NCBI RefSeq assembly: GCF_000020385.1
Contig: NC_010814.1
Span: 3,150,001 to 3,182,000 of the forward strand
Length of the DNA stretch: 32,000 nucleotides
Direction: 5' to 3'
Origin: Trichlorobacter lovleyi SZ
GTDB taxonomy: Bacteria; Desulfobacterota; Desulfuromonadia; Geobacterales; Pseudopelobacteraceae
Shown: in pieces, positions 6,326 to 13,207 of the stretch
Numbering within the stretch: position 1 is the first letter of the stretch
How the letters are laid out: each line of letters starts with the position of its first letter
Notes under the pieces: model-generated
The model's database searches: none
The model's input: only the letters and a program-made list of their open reading frames with translations
What the model was told of the DNA's origin: nothing
Program-made: the position numbers and the translations under genes

Positions 6326-7599
6326 GCAAACTCCTTTACCAGCGGCAATAACAGGGTAACCTCAGCCCCCCCGCCTGAACGGGCGTTGGCCAGTCTCACT
6401 GTTCCGCCATAACCTGCTGCAATCTTGTGGCAAACCGCCAGGCCCAGCCCGCTGCCACTGGCACGGGTGGTATAAAACGGATCAAAGGCCCGTTTCAGAC
6501 TTTCCTCTGCAAAACCGGGGCCGCTATCGCTGATCAGGATAGTTGCCTGCTCGCCATCATCCGACAGGTCAACCCGCAGGTCTCCCCCCTGCGGCATGGC
6601 CTGTTGGGCGTTGGTAAACAGATTGAGCAGCAGTTGCCGCAAACGGTCCGCGGGACAGGCCACCGGCCTGCTAACGGCGCCTGTTATCTGCAACGCCACC
6701 TTGGCCTGCAGGGCCTCCTCGGCGAGGTGGTCCCAGGCATCCTGCACCAGTTCCAACACCACTGCAGAGCCTGCCTGCATCGTTTCCTGGCGGGTGTAGG
6801 TCAGCAGATCGGTCACCAGCCCTTCAAGACGCTCCGATTCGGCCACGATCTTCCCGGCATACTCCCGTTCTCTCGACTCCTGCACCCGCTCCCGCAGCAA
6901 CTGGGCAAATCCCTTGATACCTGCCAGCGGTGTCCGTACCTCGTGGGCCAGCACCGCCCCCAGCTCCCCCAGCCGCACCAGCTGCTCATGGCGGGCCATC
7001 GCCTCAAGCCGCTGCAGATCCCGTTGCTGCAGACGCAGCACCCAGATGCCAAAGCCCCAGGCCACAGCCAGCAGCACTACAATCACCACCACACCGCTGC
7101 GGGCCCTGCGGATAATCTGATCTGCCTGCCAGGTATGCAATGCCAGACGCAAGATCAGCGTCTCGCCCGGCAGGTGCAGTTGTTGTTGTGTCTCAAACAC
7201 CACCTCACCGGTGCCCAGCCTGATCCGTTCTTCAGTCACCACGGGACTGGCAACGACCGCCTGAAAGCGCTGATCATCAATCCGGCTGCCGATCAGATCA
7301 GGATTTCTGTGGAAACGGATCGTACCCTGGTTGTCGAGCAGCGAAAAATAGGCGCTGTCACTGGAACTAAAACCGGCCAGCGTCTTCAGGGAGGGGTCTC
7401 GCACCGCCAATGCCTCTATCGCCTGCCCCAGCGAGAGGGACATGCCGCGCAGGATGGAATGGGCAACAGGCTCGGCATTACGATAGTTGGCGACCGCAAA
7501 CCAGAGTAGAAACGCGGTCAGGAACAGGCCACCCAGGAGTATACTGTGCGTGAATTGTGAGCGGGGCATGTCCTCTATACTAACGGCCGTTTCTCTCAC
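6322..7599 (-). CDS. sensor histidine kinase (2 TM + periplasmic domain, HisKA, HATPase_c)
   Basis: H-box LAHEVRTPLAGIKG, N-box LLLNLFTNAQQA, and G-boxes DSGPGF / GSGLGLAV. There is an ATGA stop/start overlap with the regulator at 6322-6325. The start is uncertain: GTG 7599 or ATG 7569. Confidence 0.9.
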   Translation of the reverse strand: MRETAVSIEDMPRSQFTHSILLGGLFLTAFLLWFAVANYRNAEPVAHSILRGMSLSLGQAIEALAVRDPSLKTLAGFSSSDSAYFSLLDNQGTIRFHRNPDLIGSRIDDQRFQAVVASPVVTEERIRLGTGEVVFETQQQLHLPGETLILRLALHTWQADQIIRRARSGVVVIVVLLAVAWGFGIWVLRLQQRDLQRLEAMARHEQLVRLGELGAVLAHEVRTPLAGIKGFAQLLRERVQESREREYAGKIVAESERLEGLVTDLLTYTRQETMQAGSAVVLELVQDAWDHLAEEALQAKVALQITGAVSRPVACPADRLRQLLLNLFTNAQQAMPQGGDLRVDLSDDGEQATILISDSGPGFAEESLKRAFDPFYTTRASGSGLGLAVCHKIAAGYGGTVRLANARSGGGAEVTLLLPLVKEFA

Positions 7600-7653
7600 G
7601 TCAAGCAGATATCGGCTGGATGGGCAGCGGTTTCATGAAACAGGTGATAGCAA

Positions 7654-7681
7654 TTGACAAACAACCGGGAACGGTTAAACT
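7654..7681 (+). promoter_or_regulatory. candidate sigma-70 promoter for the binding-protein/kinase pair
   Basis: TTGACA 7654-7659, a 16-nt spacer, TAAACT 7676-7681. It lies about 42 nt upstream of ATG 7723. Confidence 0.4.
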
Positions 7682-7722
7682 TCCAGCAAATTCAAGTGAT
7701 GCGGAATAGAAGGAACTGTTCA

Positions 7723-8463
7723 ATGAAGACACTCCTCCAACTTGTGCTTGCAATTCTTCTTGCATCTCCCCTTTATGCTGCTCAAACCCTGGTTCTGGGG
7801 ACGGCAGACCGCCCACCGCTTTCAACCGAGGACCAGAAAGGCTTCTCCGACAGGGTGATTATCGAGGCCTGCAAGAGACTGGGAGTCAATGTTCAGATCA
7901 TCCCGCTTGCGTCCGCCCGAACGCTGAGCAATGCAGAGCAGGCGCTTGATGACGGTAATTTTCTGAGAATTGCGGGGGTGGAAAAAAAGTTTCCCCACCT
8001 GGTCCGGGTACCGGAACCGATTATTGAGGTGCAGTTCGTAATTTTCTCCAAAAACAAAGAGCTGAAAACGCCCAACTGGGAAAGCCTGAAGCCCTACCAT
8101 GTGGGGTATGTACGCGGCTGGCTGATTGCCGAAGAGAAGATTAAGGGCGTGCGCCAGGTTACGGTGGTGGAAAACAGGACCAGCCTGTTTAAAGTTCTGG
8201 AAAGCAACCGGATTGAGCTGGCCTTTGCTGAACTGTACGGCGGCTATTACCTGATGCACACCCTGAATCTGCCGCACCTGTCCATTGCCCAACCCCCGCT
8301 GGCCACCAAAGAGATGTTCCTCTATCTCAACAAAAAGCATGAAAAGCTGGTGCCCAAACTGGCCAAAGCACTGCGTGACATGAAGCGGGACGGCAGTTAT
8401 GATGCCATCTTCAAGCAGACCCTGACCCCCTATTTACCTGCAAAGCACCTGAAAAAATCTTGA
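7723..8463 (+). CDS. periplasmic substrate-binding protein, family-3 (SBP_bac_3)-like
   Basis: Start moved to ATG 7723 (GAAGGA upstream). The signal peptide is MKTLLQLVLAILLASPLYA|AQ. The fold pattern is that of amino-acid-type binding proteins (TLVLGTADRPP.., ..IELAFAE..). Confidence 0.75.
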   Translation: MKTLLQLVLAILLASPLYAAQTLVLGTADRPPLSTEDQKGFSDRVIIEACKRLGVNVQIIPLASARTLSNAEQALDDGNFLRIAGVEKKFPHLVRVPEPIIEVQFVIFSKNKELKTPNWESLKPYHVGYVRGWLIAEEKIKGVRQVTVVENRTSLFKVLESNRIELAFAELYGGYYLMHTLNLPHLSIAQPPLATKEMFLYLNKKHEKLVPKLAKALRDMKRDGSYDAIFKQTLTPYLPAKHLKKS

Positions 8464-10004
8464 CAGCTGACCGGATCATACCGAAGTCATTCGGGATTGC
8501 GCGCAGGTTTATCCTCGCCATAGTCATCTTCAGTACCGCCCTGACCCTGGCCGGCACCTGCCTGCAACTGTATATTGATTACCGCAAAGACCTGAGCAAT
8601 ATCAGCCGCCAGCTGGCCTACATTGAGACCAGCCACCTACACAGTCTGATCAATGACATCTGGCTGTTTAATGAGCGCGGGCTAGAGGCCCAGCTGAAGG
8701 GGATTCTGGCGCTGCCGATGATTGAAGCGTTACGGCTTGAACGCAAAGACGGCCCGGAGCTAGCCGTTGGTAAGACAACATCCAGGCATCTGATATCACA
8801 TACCATTCCGCTTTCGTATCAGCATCTCGACAAAACCGTACCGCTCGGCACCCTGCATATCACCGCCAGTACTGACCATGTCATTCAGCGGATGAAGGAG
8901 CGGGTACTGCTGATCCTCTTCACCCAGGCAGTCATGATTTTCTTCATCTCAACCTTTATCTTTTTGCTGTTTTATCACCTGATCGGACGGCATTTGGCGG
9001 TTATGGCCCGTCATGCTTCTGCCCTCACCATCAGCAATCTGCATGAACCGCTCCAGCTGGAGCGCAGCCAGGGCTGCCCGCAGGACGCCAAGGATGAGCT
9101 TGATCTGTTGGTCGATTCACTCAACAGCATGCAGGCCCAGATCAGCGACTACCTCACGGAACGACGACAGATCGAAGACACCCTGCATGAGCAGGCGACG
9201 CTGCTGGAAGATGAGATTGCCCAGCGCCAGCAGGCCGAGGAAGAGCTGAACGTCATCAACTGCTCGCTTGAAGAACGGATTGCCGACGCCATCAACGAGC
9301 TGCGCAGGAAGGACACTCTGCTGCTGCAGCAAAGCAAACTGGCCGCCATGGGTGAACTGCTGAACAACATCGCCCACCAGTGGCGCCAACCGCTCAATAA
9401 CATCGCGGTCTCAATTCAGACCATGCAGTACCTGAACAAGGCCGGAGAGCTGTCACAGGAAGAGATGGACCGCGACATCAAGGCGGTGATGGACATCCTT
9501 TTCTACATGTCCGGCACGATTGATGACTTCAGAAGCTTTTTCATCAAGGATCGGGAAAAACGGGAATTTGTCCTGCAGGAGATTGTTGAAAAGACGCTGA
9601 ATCTGCTCAGGTCAACTCTGGATGACAAGGGGATTATGGTCAAGGTAGAGGCAGAAGCGGATGTCCGGGCCACCGGCTATCCCAACGAATACGCCCAGAG
9701 CCTGATGAACATCCTCAATAACGCCCATGACGCCCTGCTTGAGCGACAGGTGCAGGGGCCGTCCATTACACTTGTGATCCGGCAGGAAGGCAGCCGTTCC
9801 GTACTGACGGTCTCGGACAATGCCGGGGGCATCCCGCAACAGATCCTGCCACAGATCTTCGAACCCTACTTCACCACCAAAGGGCCGAGTCAGGGGACCG
9901 GTATCGGTCTCTACATGGCCAAGACCATGATTGAGCGCAACATGGGCGGCACCCTTACGGCCCGCAACACAGCCGCAGGGGCTGAGTTCAGGATCGAGTT
10001 ATAA
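8460..10004 (+). CDS. sensor histidine kinase (2 TM, periplasmic domain, coiled coil, HisKA-like, HATPase_c)
   Basis: The TTG start overlaps the preceding stop (TTGA 8460-8463). H-box NNIAHQWRQPLN, N-box LMNILNNAHDAL, and G-boxes DNAGGI / GTGIGLYM. Confidence 0.85.
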   Translation: MTADRIIPKSFGIARRFILAIVIFSTALTLAGTCLQLYIDYRKDLSNISRQLAYIETSHLHSLINDIWLFNERGLEAQLKGILALPMIEALRLERKDGPELAVGKTTSRHLISHTIPLSYQHLDKTVPLGTLHITASTDHVIQRMKERVLLILFTQAVMIFFISTFIFLLFYHLIGRHLAVMARHASALTISNLHEPLQLERSQGCPQDAKDELDLLVDSLNSMQAQISDYLTERRQIEDTLHEQATLLEDEIAQRQQAEEELNVINCSLEERIADAINELRRKDTLLLQQSKLAAMGELLNNIAHQWRQPLNNIAVSIQTMQYLNKAGELSQEEMDRDIKAVMDILFYMSGTIDDFRSFFIKDREKREFVLQEIVEKTLNLLRSTLDDKGIMVKVEAEADVRATGYPNEYAQSLMNILNNAHDALLERQVQGPSITLVIRQEGSRSVLTVSDNAGGIPQQILPQIFEPYFTTKGPSQGTGIGLYMAKTMIERNMGGTLTARNTAAGAEFRIEL

Positions 10005-10451
10005 ATCCAGAATCATGGCATTCTCATCGCAGTCAGGAAACTTGGGGCATTTAATGCAGTCCCCCCAGACCTTGTGCGGCAGTGTTGCCTTGTCAACCAG
10101 CACAAACCCCAGTTTGCCGAAAAATTCCGGTTTGTAGGTCAGACAGAAGATCCGCTTCAGCCCCAGTTCACGGGCTTCATTGATACAGGCAGTCACCAGG
10201 GCCCGCCCTACCCCTTTACGGCCGGAATCCTCCACCACGGCCACCGAACGGACTTCGGCCAGATCCTCCCAGACAATATGCAGGGCAGCAGCTCCCAGGA
10301 TTCTGCCGTCTTCAGCCACTTCCACATAAAAATCACGCAAGGCCTCATATAACTCCGACAGAGAGCGGGAGAGCATATCTCCTTTGCTGGCATAGGTGGT
10401 CAATAATTTCTGTATTTCCTTCACATCGCCGATCTGGGCCTTGCGGAGCAT
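9999..10451 (-). CDS. GNAT N-acetyltransferase (single-domain ArgA-like type)
   Basis: The acetyl-CoA motif is VAVVEDSGRKGVGRALV. The C-terminus is KVWGDCIKCPKFPDCDE. A GGGGGT RBS precedes the ATG. Confidence 0.85.
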   Translation of the reverse strand: MLRKAQIGDVKEIQKLLTTYASKGDMLSRSLSELYEALRDFYVEVAEDGRILGAAALHIVWEDLAEVRSVAVVEDSGRKGVGRALVTACINEARELGLKRIFCLTYKPEFFGKLGFVLVDKATLPHKVWGDCIKCPKFPDCDENAMILDL

Positions 10452-10473
10452 GGCGCTACCCCCTGTTCTGGAT

Positions 10474-11376
10474 TTAGTTGTTCGTACCCTGCTTTAACAG
10501 GGTGCTACCCACCCATTGATTGGCAAACTGCAGCGCAATTCGCCCGCTGTGGTCGCCCTTCTGCCGTCCCCAAAGGATGGCTGCCTGACGCGCCTCTTCG
10601 TTCCAGCGCAGGGTGCTGCCGTTTCGCTGGCAGAGACGCTCGACCCACTGCCGGGCCACCTCCAGAAACTGATCCTGACTAAAGGGATGAAAGCCGATCC
10701 AGAGACCGAAGCGGCCGGACAATGATATTTTTTCCTCCACCGTCTCACCGTGGTGAATCTCGTTATTGACCAGCATGGCGCCACGGTTGTCGCTTTCATA
10801 TTCCGGCAGCAGATGGCGCCGGTTGGAGGTGACGTAGATCAGCACGTTTTCCGGCGGGGCATAGACCGAACCGTCCAGAGCGCTTTTCAGCATCTTGTAG
10901 CTGGACTCCCCTGTTTCAAACGAGACGTCATCGGAAAACAGGATAAAACGGTATGGCTGGCGCTTGATCTCATCCACAATCGCCGGCAGATGTATCAGGT
11001 CATCCTTGTCCACCTGGATCACCCGTAACCCCTGCGGGGCATAGCTGTGCAGCAGGGCCCGCACCAACGAGGACTTGCCGGTGCCCCGTGTCCCCCACAG
11101 CAGGGTGTTGTTGGCCGGCAGCCCGGCCAGAAACTGGCGGGTGTTCTCCTCCACCGTCCGCTTCTGCTCATCAATCCCCAGCAGGTCATCCAGATGAAAC
11201 GCCTCGATCTCCGGCACCGGATCGAGATAGCCGCCGTTGCCACGGCGACGCCAGTTGGCGGCATGGGTTTCAGTCCAGTCAATCACCGGCACCGGCTTGG
11301 GCAGAACCTGCTCAACCGCCGTCAACACCCGCCGTAGCTGCTCAACCATCGCTGCATCAAGGGTTAATGAGGGCAT
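10474..11376 (-). CDS. DUF815-type AAA-family ATP-binding protein
   Basis: Walker A LLWGTRGTGKSSLV and Walker B-like FILFSDDV. The ~300-aa size and overall pattern are typical of DUF815. GAGGTGA RBS. Confidence 0.75.
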   Translation of the reverse strand: MPSLTLDAAMVEQLRRVLTAVEQVLPKPVPVIDWTETHAANWRRRGNGGYLDPVPEIEAFHLDDLLGIDEQKRTVEENTRQFLAGLPANNTLLWGTRGTGKSSLVRALLHSYAPQGLRVIQVDKDDLIHLPAIVDEIKRQPYRFILFSDDVSFETGESSYKMLKSALDGSVYAPPENVLIYVTSNRRHLLPEYESDNRGAMLVNNEIHHGETVEEKISLSGRFGLWIGFHPFSQDQFLEVARQWVERLCQRNGSTLRWNEEARQAAILWGRQKGDHSGRIALQFANQWVGSTLLKQGTNN

Positions 11377-11392
11377 ACTTTCACCTCTTCAA

Positions 11393-11881
11393 TCATTTAG
11401 CATACCCGACCCGCACCGGGGTCGGCTGTAACAGAGGCACCAGATCAGCCGGTGCAAGCCCCACCAGAAAGCCGCGCTTGCCACCGTTAAGGTAAATCCT
11501 GGGCAGTTCCAGAATCGTTTCCTCCAGATAGACCGGCAGCTGTTTTTTCGTACCAAAGGGAGAAGTACCGCCGGTCAGATAGCCGGTATGTTTCTGGGCG
11601 GTTTCCGGCTTGCACGGTTCCACCGAACGGGCACCGATCAGCCGGGCCAGCTCTTTGGTGGAGACCTGCAGATCACCGTGCATCAGCACGATCAACGGCT
11701 GCTTGCGGTCGTCCTCCATCACCAGGGTCTTGATGACACAATGTTCGTCAACACCCAGCTCCCGCGAGGAAACGGCAGTACCACCCTTCTCTTCATAGGC
11801 GTAGGGATGTTCCGTAAAACTGATCCCCGCTGCCCGCAACACCCGAACTGCCGGAGTAACCGGCGTCTTATCCCTGGCCAT
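11393..11881 (-). CDS. ybaK: Cys-tRNA(Pro)/Cys-tRNA(Cys) deacylase YbaK
   Basis: Start moved to ATG 11881 (AGGAGAAG 6 nt upstream). TPAVRVLRAAGI..., KTLVM.., HTGYLTGGTSPFG and IYLNGGKRG are characteristic YbaK/aa-tRNA editing domain motifs. Confidence 0.85.
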   Translation of the reverse strand: MARDKTPVTPAVRVLRAAGISFTEHPYAYEEKGGTAVSSRELGVDEHCVIKTLVMEDDRKQPLIVLMHGDLQVSTKELARLIGARSVEPCKPETAQKHTGYLTGGTSPFGTKKQLPVYLEETILELPRIYLNGGKRGFLVGLAPADLVPLLQPTPVRVGYAK

Positions 11882-12024
11882 GCTCTTCTCCTGCAAACAT
11901 CAAGGAACGAGGATTTTTTTGTTCTGGGGTCGGCAATCAGGCAATGCCGCGGAGACGTACCAGTACGTACGTCGCACAAGGCATTGTGAAGTTTGACGGC
12001 CCCAGGGCGGAAAAAGACCGTTCC

Positions 12025-13035
12025 TCAACAGATTCTCGGTAACTGTTCCCCTGCCAGCATCTCCACCACCCGCATCCCGCCAACCGTTGTCCGCATCCGT
12101 ACCCGCCCCGGTTCTCCGGCCTCAACCGTACCGATGATGGCGGCCCGGTGCCCCAGGTGATGACGCTGCATCCGTGCCAGCAGCGCTTCTGCCAGTTCCG
12201 GTGCCACGATTGCCAGCAGCTTGCCTTCATTGGCGACGTAAAGCGGGTCAAGCCCCAGTATCCCGCAAACGCCCTGCACCTGCGGATGAACCGGCAACTG
12301 ATCTTCTTCAAGCTGCAGCGTCACGCCGGACTGCCCCGCGATTTCCTTCAGGGTCGTGGCCACACCGCCACGGGTCGGATCACGCAGTACCCTGATCCCT
12401 TCACCGGCCTCGTCCAGCATCTGTTCCACCAGATCCCAAAGCGGGGCAGAATCACTGCAGAGGCCCTCAAGCGGCAGACCTTCCCGGGCGGACATCACGG
12501 CAATCCCGTGATCCCCCATGCTGCCGGACAGGATAATCCGGTCGCCGGGACGGGCATTGGCACCATGGATGGCCAGGTCATGCTCAAGCACCCCTACGCC
12601 GGAGGTGGTGATAAAGATCCGGTCTGCCTTGCCGCGGGGCACCACCTTGGTATCGCCGGTAACAATCCTCACCCCGGCGGCATCGGCAGCCTGGCGCATA
12701 TCGTTCAAGATAGCTGCCAGCTGGCTGCGGCTGAACCCCTCTTCAATAATCAGGGCGCAGGAAAGCCACAAGGGGCGTGCCCCCATCATGGCCAGATCAT
12801 TGACCGTGCCGTGGACAGCGAGAGAACCGATCGTACCACCGGGAAAGACCGGCGGATCGACCACATAGCCATCAGTGGTAAAGGCCAGCCGGGTCTCTCC
12901 GGCAGCCAGCAGGGCAGCATCGTTCTGCTCCCCCGGTCCGTGACCGGACAGCGTGGCAACAATCAGATCATCCAGCAGGCGATGCGAGAGTGTCCCGCCA
13001 CTACCGTGTCCCAACAGAATCAGGTCATCATCCAT
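12025..13035 (-). CDS. hypE: [NiFe]-hydrogenase maturation protein HypE
   Basis: Start moved to ATG 13035 (AGGAGGAG upstream). It has the N-terminal LGHGSGG, an AIR-synthase-like fold, and the diagnostic C-terminal ...LPRIC ending. It is 336 aa. Confidence 0.9.
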   Translation of the reverse strand: MDDDLILLGHGSGGTLSHRLLDDLIVATLSGHGPGEQNDAALLAAGETRLAFTTDGYVVDPPVFPGGTIGSLAVHGTVNDLAMMGARPLWLSCALIIEEGFSRSQLAAILNDMRQAADAAGVRIVTGDTKVVPRGKADRIFITTSGVGVLEHDLAIHGANARPGDRIILSGSMGDHGIAVMSAREGLPLEGLCSDSAPLWDLVEQMLDEAGEGIRVLRDPTRGGVATTLKEIAGQSGVTLQLEEDQLPVHPQVQGVCGILGLDPLYVANEGKLLAIVAPELAEALLARMQRHHLGHRAAIIGTVEAGEPGRVRMRTTVGGMRVVEMLAGEQLPRIC

Positions 13036-13207
13036 CTGTCTACTCCTCCTGATATCGGCAAGCCTGAAAGGTAGCACCAATCCGGCTGCTTGTCACGATG
13101 GAACGTTTTCTGTTTTCAAGAGTTCGGGCTTCGTGGTAAATAAACAAGTTCAATTCGCAATTCCCGGCCCTGTCGGGCCGGAACGGAAATACTAAGGAGA
13201 TAGCTAC

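Noticed and set aside
6427-7509. 360-aa plus-strand ORF antisense to the histidine kinase
   Set aside because: It has low-complexity composition (Q/H/P/L/G-rich), no RBS and no recognisable domain. The opposite strand encodes intact H/N/G boxes.
12148-13074. 308-aa plus-strand ORF antisense to hypE
   Set aside because: It is an antisense shadow. hypE is unambiguous (GHGSGG ... PRIC), and the shadow ORF has no motifs.
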